Below are positions 20,584-29,004 of a stretch of 64,000 nt of DNA, in pieces. A model generated the notes under the pieces. That model ran no database searches. It was not told the DNA's origin and was given only the letters and a program-made list of their open reading frames with translations. Source of the DNA: an uncultured Methanosarcinales archaeon. Lineage in GTDB: Archaea > Nanobdellota > Nanobdellia > Woesearchaeales > GW2011-AR9. The DNA is taken from positions 25,794 to 89,793 of the forward strand of contig CAZKIP010000004.1 in NCBI GenBank assembly GCA_964552945.1. The letters run 5' to 3'. A program made the translations under genes and the position numbers. How positions within the stretch are numbered: the stretch's first letter is position 1; each line of letters opens with the position of its first letter.

Positions 20584-21107
20584 ATCTCTTCTTTAAAAAA
20601 GGCCAGATGGAGATGGTTGGTTTGGTAGTTATCGTTATTCTTATTACGTTAGGGTTACTTTTTATGACCATTTTTGCTTTACAAAACGATGATAAGAAGG
20701 TTTTTACTCAGAAAGGGATAGCTGCTAGTACGATGGCTGCTTTAATGAAAACCACCATTTATGATTGTAATCAACCTAAACTTTCGTTAGAAAAAAAACT
20801 TCTTGATGATTGTGCAAAAAATCACGGGTTGCCAGAAGATTTATTTGAGTTTCATTGCGATGCTAAAAATAGTTGTGATTATTTAGAAGGGAAAATAACC
20901 GCTTTACTGAACGAAAGTTTGGGAAGGTGGGGTTTTCGTTACCAATATGAATCTACAGTTGTCCAAGGAGACGCGATTATTGGACCAATCGTTTCTTCCA
21001 GAGGAGGATGCGCTGCTAAAAAGATAGGGAGGGAAACCTCTAATCCATTCTTTCTTTCAGATGGGAAGGGAAGGTTGGTTAGAAGCGAATTATTCATCTG
21101 TGGATAG
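20580..21107 (+). CDS. Type IV pilin-like protein (class III signal)
   Basis: KKG/QMEMVGLVVIVILITLGLLF; ATGA overlap. Confidence 0.78.
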   Translation: MNLFFKKGQMEMVGLVVIVILITLGLLFMTIFALQNDDKKVFTQKGIAASTMAALMKTTIYDCNQPKLSLEKKLLDDCAKNHGLPEDLFEFHCDAKNSCDYLEGKITALLNESLGRWGFRYQYESTVVQGDAIIGPIVSSRGGCAAKKIGRETSNPFFLSDGKGRLVRSELFICG

Positions 21108-21124
21108 TTGAAGATTTAGCAAAA

Positions 21125-21180
21125 TTTATATAGGTTTATCTCTTTTTAAAAGGTAAATCGATATTTAAAAAACGAGGTGT
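21125..21180 (+). promoter_or_regulatory. Internal TATA box (TTTATATA) and Shine-Dalgarno (GAGGTG) for the 116-aa pilin
   Basis: An A-rich BRE-like stretch precedes TTTATATA at ~21125, and GAGGTG lies ~7 nt before ATG 21187. This is the only sizeable intergenic gap in the pilin array. Confidence 0.6.
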
Positions 21181-21186
21181 AAAATT

Positions 21187-21537
21187 ATGTTTTCGAAAAA
21201 AGGTCAAGGTCTTTCATTAAATGTGATAATTATCGCGGCTTTAGCTCTGATAGTTCTGGTTGTTTTAGCAGCAGTTTTTATTGGTAGAATCACACCGGTA
21301 GGAGAAGATGTTGAAAGAGTAGGCAACACTGAATTGGTTAAAATGAAGCTTAAATATGGGACTTGCCATCCTAACGACGCAGAAGCGAACTCTTTTGTAA
21401 GTTCTTTTGGTCTAGCAGGATCTCCTGAAGATGGAGAGAAAGTTAAAGTTGAATTTAGTAATAAAATAAGTGATTGTAAAGAATTCAATGATGATCAGAA
21501 AAGTTGTGAAGCTTCTGGTGGATGTAGCTGGAAATAA
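21187..21537 (+). CDS. Small type IV pilin-like protein, candidate major pilin
   Basis: KKG/QGLSLNVIIIAALALIVLVVLAAVF; 4 Cys ending in CSW; own promoter and RBS. Confidence 0.8.
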   Translation: MFSKKGQGLSLNVIIIAALALIVLVVLAAVFIGRITPVGEDVERVGNTELVKMKLKYGTCHPNDAEANSFVSSFGLAGSPEDGEKVKVEFSNKISDCKEFNDDQKSCEASGGCSWK

Positions 21538-21539
21538 AG

Positions 21540-21851
21540 ATGAATAAATCTTTTTTTTCTTTCCTTTTTGGGAAGAAAGCCTTAGCGAACATTTGGTGGA
21601 TTATTATTGGTGCAGTTCTGGCTTTAGTGGTTTTGATAGTTATATTACTTATTTTTACAGGAAAAACGACTCCCTTAGAACAAGGGTTACTTGATTGTGA
21701 AAGCAAAGGTGGACAATGTTTAAAGAAAGACGATTGTCTTAGCAAAAAGTACGATGGAACTGTCTCTTCAGCATTCGAATGCAGCGAGGGGAATGTTTGT
21801 TGTTTCACTCTTTTCAAAGAGACAGATAAAAAAGATTCGGATAATAAATGA
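21540..21851 (+). CDS. Small type IV pilin-like protein with a 6-Cys mini-domain
   Basis: KKA/LANIWWIIIGAVLALVVLIVILLIF; CESKGGQC...C...C...CC. Confidence 0.78.
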   Translation: MNKSFFSFLFGKKALANIWWIIIGAVLALVVLIVILLIFTGKTTPLEQGLLDCESKGGQCLKKDDCLSKKYDGTVSSAFECSEGNVCCFTLFKETDKKDSDNK

Positions 21852-21870
21852 AAATATCAATAATAAAAAG

Positions 21871-21996
21871 ATGGTTTTTTCCAAGAAAGCACAGCTGATT
21901 ACCAAGGAAGCACTTTTGATTACTTTAGCGATTATTCTTTTTTTGTTGGTTTTTTATTTAGTGGTTGTTGAACCATTTATTTCAATAGGGATTTAA
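21871..21996 (+). CDS. Micro-pilin (41 aa): class III leader plus hydrophobic helix only
   Basis: MVFSKKA/QLITKEALLITLAIILFLLVFYLVVVEPFISIGI. Start reassigned from 21754 to ATG 21871. Confidence 0.7.
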   Translation: MVFSKKAQLITKEALLITLAIILFLLVFYLVVVEPFISIGI

Positions 21997-21998
21997 AG

Positions 21999-22157
21999 AT
22001 GATAAATAGATGTTTATGTAATAAAAAGGGAATGGCAAGATGGTTCTTAGCTTTTCTAATCCTTGCTTTAGTATTTTTAATTATGATGACGGTTTGGTTT
22101 GTTGCTTTGAAGGGGAATTTGGATTTTTTTTTTGATAAAATATTGGATTGGTTTTAA
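21999..22157 (+). CDS. Micro-pilin (52 aa), not in the ORF track
   Basis: Hand translation MINRCLCNKKG/MARWFLAFLILALVFLIMMTVWFVALKGNLDFFFDKILDWF*. It fills the gap between neighbours exactly. Confidence 0.72.
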   Translation: MINRCLCNKKGMARWFLAFLILALVFLIMMTVWFVALKGNLDFFFDKILDWF

Positions 22158-23396
22158 ATGGGATTTGCATGGAGAAGATTGGGAGCAATACTTTTAGTGG
22201 TTATAGTGGTAGCTGTCGTTCTCACAATTGATAGTTCTACGTGGGGTGGAATTAAGGATGCTTTTGCTGATGCTGTGCTTAATAATAGTTTAAAGGTTGG
22301 CGGAAAGGACATAAAAGGAGTGAAACCAAAAGTCCCTCCAGACCACAAAGTTGCAATAGACTTATTGGTAGGGAGGATGAAAGACATGGCCAAATTGGAA
22401 GGCAATTATTGTTTTGCACAATATCAGAAACTTCCCCTCCTAAAGCAAACTACTTTACTTTTTGAAATGGACGGAGATAAAACACTTCTTCGTGTACTTG
22501 GTGGTGTTGGTGGTTTACAAGAAACAAATCTTAATTATGAACTTCCGCTAAAACTATGTGTTGTGGGGGGAGAACAAAACGGCGTTATTGTCTCTGAAGA
22601 CTTTTACAATACTTTTTTGGAACCAGATGGAGAAGCCCATAGCAATTTTTTTAAATCCGTAAACATTATTAAAATTGCCGGGGCCGATAATTCTAATAGG
22701 TTTAGTTATCTAGGGGTAGAAAATAAACTTGAAGATGGTGCTTGGTTATTCAAAGCTTCAGACAATCAAGTCTGCTTTTTCCCTGCCAGTTCAGACGAGG
22801 ATGAAGGAATTGATAGCGATTATTTAGTTGATAAGGAAGAAGAGAAAAGTATTTTTAACCAACTTAACAGAAATTCTTTGAAATGCCCCTCTTCTGAAGA
22901 TGATTGGCAGAAATATGAATCAATTGAAGTTACTGGTCTAAAATCAACTTCTGTTTCTCACGCAATCTCTCAGGGGTGTGAAGGATTGGTTGGAGAAGAT
23001 TGTCTTTCTGAAAGTGGCTGCAATGGAAAATATCCTGATATCTCTGGATTCAAGGAAGGTTGTGCCGTTTTTTCTACACGTGTTCATCTACCTTACGATG
23101 ATTGTGGAGCAGGAAAATCTCCCGAAGGACAAATTTTGTACCCCTATGGGAAGAATGTTCTTCAAAATAATGGCAATTTAAAATTGGTGCCTTATACATT
23201 TAAGGGTTTTGCTAGAACTAAAGAAATTGTTGAAAGTAACCTTTGGAAATCTTTTGACACTAAATCTTTAATTTGTGCAAAAAACGAATGGGTTGTATGT
23301 GATAGATTTCATTTAGATCAGGAATTTGTTGGTAAGGAAAAAACTTATCTTTGTAAGGAAGACAATGGGGTCATACTTTGGGAGGAAAAGACATGA
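22158..23396 (+). CDS. Pilin-cluster protein with an N-terminal hydrophobic helix and Cys-rich extracellular region
   Basis: MGFAWRRLGAILLVVIVVAVVLTI; multiple Cys; lacks the K-K-G leader of its neighbours. Confidence 0.68.
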   Translation: MGFAWRRLGAILLVVIVVAVVLTIDSSTWGGIKDAFADAVLNNSLKVGGKDIKGVKPKVPPDHKVAIDLLVGRMKDMAKLEGNYCFAQYQKLPLLKQTTLLFEMDGDKTLLRVLGGVGGLQETNLNYELPLKLCVVGGEQNGVIVSEDFYNTFLEPDGEAHSNFFKSVNIIKIAGADNSNRFSYLGVENKLEDGAWLFKASDNQVCFFPASSDEDEGIDSDYLVDKEEEKSIFNQLNRNSLKCPSSEDDWQKYESIEVTGLKSTSVSHAISQGCEGLVGEDCLSESGCNGKYPDISGFKEGCAVFSTRVHLPYDDCGAGKSPEGQILYPYGKNVLQNNGNLKLVPYTFKGFARTKEIVESNLWKSFDTKSLICAKNEWVVCDRFHLDQEFVGKEKTYLCKEDNGVILWEEKT

Positions 23397-24394
23397 AACG
23401 GCGCTTAAAAAGGTTTCTTAAAAGTAAGAGAGGAGTAGTTATGACTACTACTTTGGTTAAGATAACCGTTTTATTGATTTCCTTTATGTTAATAGGGGGA
23501 AGTATTGCGAGGTTTGCTTCTAAAGCAGGGGAGAAGGATACTGAAGCCATTTGTAGAACAAGTATAGATGCTAGAGTTGCTTCCATAACCAATGCTAAAC
23601 TTTTAGGAATTGAAGTGGAAGGAGTAAAATCTGTTCCAATGCTTTGTACTACTATCGATAAAAAACTTTCTGGCGAAAAGGAAGAGATAATGGATGATAT
23701 GGCGGAAATGATTTCTAGATGTTGGTGGATGTTCCGTTTGGGTAAAACCGCAGACTTGTTTAAATCCATCCCTGGAGTTGAAGGAGGAAATAAAGGGAAG
23801 ATTTGTTACACCGCTTTGATTAAAGACATCAAGGACGCAGATTATATTACTGGCCAAGAATTTTTTCAATATCTTTCCAAGAAACCTCATCCGGATATGG
23901 GTCCCGAAGAAACCTATACTGATTACGTTCAATATGCCGGTGGCCCAGGAAGAATTTTACTATTATTAAACCAGAAAAAAGGTGAAGCAACTGTAAAAAA
24001 AGATGCAGATTTACTCTCTCTCTTAAATGACGGGATCTCTGAAGGAGGAGTTTTCCAAGAAAATAATGCTTATGAGATTGCTTTCATAGAAAAAAGAGGT
24101 AATGAAAACGATTGGATTTCCTCCTCTTTAGTTGGAGGCGGTTCTGCGGCTGCAATAGGTGGTGGATTAGCAATTTGGGCGGGAGTAGCTACCGGCGGAA
24201 TTGGTTTGATTGTTTATGGTGTTGGTGCACTTGCTATAGGGGCTTATTCATTAGCTGAAGGAGCAGTGATTGAATTAGAAGATTTGTTTGCTCAAGAAGA
24301 TGTAAGCACAATAATTGTTGTTGATGTTTCAGACAAACAATTACAGAGAAAATTACATAAAAATGTTTTGCTTGACGATTCTGCAGGCAAGTAA
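23393..24394 (+). CDS. Type IV pilin-like protein with a C-terminal glycine-zipper hydrophobic segment
   Basis: ATG 23393 (GGAGG RBS, ATGA overlap); SKRG/VVMTTTLVKITVLLISFMLIGG; GGGSAAAIGGGLAIWAGVATGGIGLIVYGVGALAIGA. Confidence 0.72.
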   Translation: MKRRLKRFLKSKRGVVMTTTLVKITVLLISFMLIGGSIARFASKAGEKDTEAICRTSIDARVASITNAKLLGIEVEGVKSVPMLCTTIDKKLSGEKEEIMDDMAEMISRCWWMFRLGKTADLFKSIPGVEGGNKGKICYTALIKDIKDADYITGQEFFQYLSKKPHPDMGPEETYTDYVQYAGGPGRILLLLNQKKGEATVKKDADLLSLLNDGISEGGVFQENNAYEIAFIEKRGNENDWISSSLVGGGSAAAIGGGLAIWAGVATGGIGLIVYGVGALAIGAYSLAEGAVIELEDLFAQEDVSTIIVVDVSDKQLQRKLHKNVLLDDSAGK

Positions 24395-24406
24395 AAGGTG
24401 ATAAAG

Positions 24407-24676
24407 ATGAAAAATAAAAAAGGAGCCCTCTCTTGGGAGTATATTATAGTAGGCGTACTCGTTTTAGTAGTTCTAATTGTTGTTTTAATGATTTTTTCAA
24501 AAGGAGCGGAGAAAGGCGGAGATAGTTTGCTTGAAAAAATTGAAGGAACTAAACACGATACTGATAAAGATGGTGTGGCTAATTATTTAGACAAATGTCC
24601 TTGTGATCCTGAAGTGGGAGGAGAATGGACAGAAGATAAAGGTAGCATAGATAAGTGTACTCCTTGTACGGAATGA
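24407..24676 (+). CDS. Small type IV pilin-like protein with a TSP3-like Ca-binding motif
   Basis: KKG/ALSWEYIIVGVLVLVVLIVVLMIF (Glu at +5); DTDKDGVANYLDKCP. Confidence 0.78.
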   Translation: MKNKKGALSWEYIIVGVLVLVVLIVVLMIFSKGAEKGGDSLLEKIEGTKHDTDKDGVANYLDKCPCDPEVGGEWTEDKGSIDKCTPCTE

Positions 24677-25314
24677 TTATAATGGTAAACAAAAGAGGAT
24701 TGATGTTAAATTTTTTAACTTCTCTACTCATAGCTATTTTTCTTTTTGGAACCGCTTTTGGAATTGTTTCAAAAGTTTTTAGGACAAGTTCGCAAGCAAA
24801 AGAAAGTTTTATAGAATTTTTGGAAGATATTGAAGATTTTTCAAATGGTGGTAAAGAGTTAGATAGTTCTTTATTGATTATGGATGAAGAAAGTTTAGTC
24901 ATACTTTTTAAAAATAAAGAGAGGAAATTGATTTTATCTCAGAGTAAAGCAGATTTTGATGCTAGTGTCACTTCATCATTTTTGGCACCAGATCCTGAAG
25001 AAATAAAAAAAAGGATTGATTGGAAATACAATTTTTATTTCTCATATCCTGCAAATTATTGCACTAAAGAGGAATGTGCTTGTTTATGTGATTCGTTTAG
25101 GATAGGACAGGCAAAATCTTATAATACCGATATTAAAAACGAGTTAATAGAACTTAGTGTTCCTTGTAAGAATTTATTTTGCAGAGAATTGGACGTTTCT
25201 TTGGAAGAAACTTGGTCCATTGACAGACAGAAAAAAGATAATAACATCTTCCGTCGCAGTTTGATTGAATTTACTAAGAATAGCAAAGGAGAAATAATTC
25301 TGGAGCAAAAATGA
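24673..25314 (+). CDS. Type IV pilin-like protein (class III signal)
   Basis: NKRG/LMLNFLTSLLIAIFLFGTAFG; CxxxxCxCxC motif; start at the ATGA overlap. Confidence 0.72.
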   Translation: MIIMVNKRGLMLNFLTSLLIAIFLFGTAFGIVSKVFRTSSQAKESFIEFLEDIEDFSNGGKELDSSLLIMDEESLVILFKNKERKLILSQSKADFDASVTSSFLAPDPEEIKKRIDWKYNFYFSYPANYCTKEECACLCDSFRIGQAKSYNTDIKNELIELSVPCKNLFCRELDVSLEETWSIDRQKKDNNIFRRSLIEFTKNSKGEIILEQK

Positions 25315-25718
25315 ATAAGAAAGGTGCAGGATTAATTGTGTTTATTTTAGAAATTGTTTTGGTAGTTTCCCTTATTTCCGTGTCTTCTTTTGCAGCAGTT
25401 AAATTATCTAGTGACGAAACTCTCGTGCAAATGAACCTAGCTAACGACATTAAAATGATGGTGGACGTTTTTATAGCTCTACCAGGAGATGCAGTAGTCG
25501 AAATTCCTTACAATACAGAGAAATATGTTGTTACACTACGACAGAAGGGAGTTGAAGTGAGGATAGGGGAAGAACTTTCTATTAAAAAAAGTTATTCTCT
25601 TCCTTTAGAATTTAGAGCAGCTAAGAAGTTGGAAAATGTTAAAACAATCTGTTTAGTTAAGAAAGAAAATATTATTACAATGAAAGAATGTGGAAAAGAT
25701 GAAAGGAGAACTTCATAA
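25311..25718 (+). CDS. Type IV pilin-like protein (class III signal)
   Basis: MNKKG/AGLIVFILEIVLVVSLISV. Confidence 0.75.
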   Translation: MNKKGAGLIVFILEIVLVVSLISVSSFAAVKLSSDETLVQMNLANDIKMMVDVFIALPGDAVVEIPYNTEKYVVTLRQKGVEVRIGEELSIKKSYSLPLEFRAAKKLENVKTICLVKKENIITMKECGKDERRTS

Positions 25719-26191
25719 TGAATAAGAAAGGTGTATCAGCATTTGATTTGGCTGGAAAATCAGTTTACTGGACCATTTCGGTGGTAGTTCTCACGGGAGT
25801 TATTTTAGCATTTATTGGAATGTTGGCAAGTTATTCAGCAGATTTAAGAAAAGTTCCAGAAGGTTTAGAGGTAGAATTGATTTCTTTACGTTTTACAAAT
25901 AGTCCAGATTGTTTCACTTACCAAGATGAAAAAAATGGGAGAATTTATCCTTTGGTGATTGATTTATCTAAATTTACCCAAAAGAGAATGGGCAATTGTT
26001 ATGCCACAAGCGAAGACCCAAAAATTGGATTTAAACAATTTAATTTTGCTTTGGAACTTTCTGGAAAAGAAGTTTTTAGTAACAATTTTGGTGGTAAGGA
26101 AGATTTCGTTTTGAAGAAAATTGTTTATCTTAAAAAAGAAAATGGTTTGGAAAAAGCTATTTTAAAAATTAAAGTACAGGAGAAAATCTAA
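25718..26191 (+). CDS. Type IV pilin-like protein (class III signal)
   Basis: MNKKG/VSAFDLAGKSVYWTISVVVLTGVILAFIG; TAATG overlap. Confidence 0.72.
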   Translation: MNKKGVSAFDLAGKSVYWTISVVVLTGVILAFIGMLASYSADLRKVPEGLEVELISLRFTNSPDCFTYQDEKNGRIYPLVIDLSKFTQKRMGNCYATSEDPKIGFKQFNFALELSGKEVFSNNFGGKEDFVLKKIVYLKKENGLEKAILKIKVQEKI

Positions 26192-26787
26192 TGTTTAATA
26201 AAAAAGGAGCTATGGTGGATGATGTCTTCGATTTCCTATTTTTAACTCTGGCCGCTTTTTTAACTTTATTTTTCTTTTATGGTTCTTTGCAAGATGGAAT
26301 CTCTCAATCAGAACTTCAAAGTTTACAAAATATGGAAGATTGGACTGCAAGAAGAGATTTTACTACTTTTTTATTTAGTCCTATGCAAGTTGAAGGAGCA
26401 ACAATTTCAACATCTCAGCTAATTTCTCAAGCAGATTTGGAAGAGTATAAGCAAGAAAGAATCAATTCTTTTCAAGAGAGTGCCGATAACTTTTTTACTG
26501 AAAAATATTCTTTTAAAAAGGAATATTGGTTAGATGAACCTACGGGAAATTTTCCTTGGTGGATTGAAATTTATTCAGAGAACGACCTTTCAGAAGAGCA
26601 AAAGTTGAAAGGAGACACTTTTAAAAGTACTCTTGCTCCGGTAGAAGGTTTCACTTATAATGCTGGATTTTGTGAACCAATTCGTACAGAATCGTTTATG
26701 TCTTTTAAAAAATCAATAGTCAAAAAAGGCCCAAGAAATTTTATCTTGTCTTTTTGTAGTGGGAGGGAGTATGTTGTTAAGGATTAA
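26191..26787 (+). CDS. Type IV pilin-like protein (class III signal)
   Basis: MFNKKG/AMVDDVFDFLFLTLAAFLTLFFF; TAATG overlap. Confidence 0.72.
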   Translation: MFNKKGAMVDDVFDFLFLTLAAFLTLFFFYGSLQDGISQSELQSLQNMEDWTARRDFTTFLFSPMQVEGATISTSQLISQADLEEYKQERINSFQESADNFFTEKYSFKKEYWLDEPTGNFPWWIEIYSENDLSEEQKLKGDTFKSTLAPVEGFTYNAGFCEPIRTESFMSFKKSIVKKGPRNFILSFCSGREYVVKD

Positions 26788-27919
26788 TAAAAAAGGAGCA
26801 TTGTTTCATTGGATTGTCCTAGGCTTGTTACTAGCTACAGGCCTCTTTTTTATGAATTTTGGTGAAGTAAATAAAGATGCAATTAAAGGAGAATGGCAAA
26901 TTTCTTTTTTGAACAATGTTTTTTTACCAGCGGAACATAATCTTCTTTCAAATGATGATCAAATTAGAATCATTTCACAACAAACATTGCTTGATTTAGG
27001 AGCCAAAGGTTGTGGAGAGGAAATATATCCTTTATGGGATGATAAAGATTGTTTAGATAGTGTCAAAGCAGATGATGTTTTTTCAGCTGAAATAAAGAAA
27101 CGACTTTCTCAAACATTTCCAGAAAGGTCTTATCATGATATTGAAGTAAAAAAGAATCAAGTTTCTGGAGAGGGCAATAGGGGAGAAGTAATAAACAAAA
27201 AAGGTTTCTTTGCTAATTATAGTTACGATACAGACTTTTCTGTTGATTTAGGTTACGATTTTGATGAGTTTAGGCAAGTTTTATTCGATTCAGAAGAGAT
27301 AGTATCAAAATGTAAAAATTCGCCTAATATGGAGGGATGCTTAAATAAAGAATTTTCCAAGAAGGAAATCAACTGGGGAGAGAATTTGTGTAAAAACGAT
27401 GACAAATTATTTTATGGTTTATATCTGGAATATCAAAGATGTTTAGAAACTTCTGATGATAATTGTTTATGTAGTTTGAACTTGGTAGAACATAATCTTG
27501 AAGATTATTTGCTTGAATTTAACCAGAAAAATGATAAATTAGAAATAACAAATGGGAAAGAAAGTTACCAGATTGAGCTAGGAAATAAGTTCCACATAAC
27601 TCCTTCAACTTTAAAAATTTCTGGGAAAGAAGCTGAATTGTTTTTTCCAAATAAAGGTGGTCAGCAAAGAGATTACACTTTGGTTATAAAAAATAATTTG
27701 GTTCTTCTTAAGAGAGGAGGCAAATTGGATTTTGTAAATTTGAAGAATAACGAAATTAGGTTATGGAATAACAAAATTGAGAGATTAAACAATCCTTTTG
27801 TTTGTTCACAAAAAAACCCTTCAGAGAAAAATTTATGCGTAGAATCGAACACAAAAGTTTTCGATATGAGAGGAAATTTGTTACCAATCAGATATAGATT
27901 TGCTCTAAATTTTGGATAA
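26771..27919 (+). CDS. Large type IV pilin-like protein (class III signal)
   Basis: ATG 26771 after GGAGGGAG; NKKG/ALFHWIVLGLLLATGLFF; several Cys pairs. Confidence 0.72.
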   Translation: MLLRINKKGALFHWIVLGLLLATGLFFMNFGEVNKDAIKGEWQISFLNNVFLPAEHNLLSNDDQIRIISQQTLLDLGAKGCGEEIYPLWDDKDCLDSVKADDVFSAEIKKRLSQTFPERSYHDIEVKKNQVSGEGNRGEVINKKGFFANYSYDTDFSVDLGYDFDEFRQVLFDSEEIVSKCKNSPNMEGCLNKEFSKKEINWGENLCKNDDKLFYGLYLEYQRCLETSDDNCLCSLNLVEHNLEDYLLEFNQKNDKLEITNGKESYQIELGNKFHITPSTLKISGKEAELFFPNKGGQQRDYTLVIKNNLVLLKRGGKLDFVNLKNNEIRLWNNKIERLNNPFVCSQKNPSEKNLCVESNTKVFDMRGNLLPIRYRFALNFG

Positions 27920-27983
27920 AGTAGCGGTTGAATACCTAAATGTATATAAATAATTTTTATTGCCATTGTAAAGGGTGGTTTTA

Positions 27984-28973
27984 ATGTTCAAAATTCCAAT
28001 AGCTGAAATTAAAGAAAAAATTGTTGCAAGCGGAAAGATTTCTGCAGAAGATTTAGAAAATAAAATAAAGTTTAAGATAAATGAATTGTCTGGATTGATT
28101 AGTGAAGAAGGGGCTGCGCACATCCTTGCCAACGAATTAGGTGTTGAGATTATTTCTAAAGAACAAGGAAAATTGAAAATCAAGGAAATATATAGCGGAA
28201 TGAAATCTGTAAATACTGTAGGAAAGGTAGTTACAAAATATGATGTAAGGGAGTTTTCAAAGGGAGATAAGCAAGGAAAAGTATGTTCGTTGGTTCTTGG
28301 AGATGAAACAGGGGTTGTAAGAGTAGTTTTTTGGAATGAACAGGTTGATCTTCTTAAAGATGTAAATGAAGGAGACATTATTTTAGTGAACGACGCTTAT
28401 GCTAGAGAGAATAATAATAATAGAGAAGTTCATTTGGGTCAAAGAGGAAGTATTGAAATTAACCCAGAAGGAGAAATTGTTGGAAATGTTAGACAATCTA
28501 CTGAGTTTGAAAGAAAAAATATCGGTGAATTGAAAGGTGGAGAATCAGCTGTAGAAGTTCTTGGAACAGTTGTCCAAGTTTTTGATCCTCGTTTTTTCTA
28601 TTTATGTCCTCAATGTAACAAGAGAGCTAATGAAGCAGAAGGTGGTTTTAAGTGTGATACACACGGAGTTGTTGAACCGGCACTTTCTTACGTATTAAAT
28701 TTAATAATGGATGATGGTTCGGCGAATATAAGAACTGTTTTCTGGAAAAAGCAAACCAATCATCTTTTGGATACGAATGAAGAAAAGATGGCCAAATATA
28801 AAGAAGATTTGGGTGGGTTTGACAATTTAAAAAACGATTTGTTAGGAGAACAATTCAAATTGTTGGGGAAGGTTGTTCAAAACCAGATGTTTGAAAGGTT
28901 AGAATTCAGTGTTCAGATGGTTGAAAAAGCTAAAGCTGAAGATGAGATTGCTAAGTTAGAAAAAACGGAATAG
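27984..28973 (+). CDS. rpa: Replication protein A large subunit (OB folds plus Zn finger)
   Basis: N-terminal GLISEEGAAHILA domain; OB fold LGDETGVVRVVFWN; CPQCNKR...CDTHG Zn finger; DDGSANIRTVFW. Confidence 0.88.
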   Translation: MFKIPIAEIKEKIVASGKISAEDLENKIKFKINELSGLISEEGAAHILANELGVEIISKEQGKLKIKEIYSGMKSVNTVGKVVTKYDVREFSKGDKQGKVCSLVLGDETGVVRVVFWNEQVDLLKDVNEGDIILVNDAYARENNNNREVHLGQRGSIEINPEGEIVGNVRQSTEFERKNIGELKGGESAVEVLGTVVQVFDPRFFYLCPQCNKRANEAEGGFKCDTHGVVEPALSYVLNLIMDDGSANIRTVFWKKQTNHLLDTNEEKMAKYKEDLGGFDNLKNDLLGEQFKLLGKVVQNQMFERLEFSVQMVEKAKAEDEIAKLEKTE

Positions 28974-29004
28974 ATTTATAAATTCATTTTTTATTTCTTA
29001 AATA

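Noticed and set aside
18473..27919. Archaellum operon, provirus or diversity-generating retroelement as an explanation of the cluster
   Set aside because: No archaellin GIGTLIVFIA motif or ArlH/I/J; no integrase, capsid, terminase or reverse transcriptase; no template/variable repeat pair noticed.
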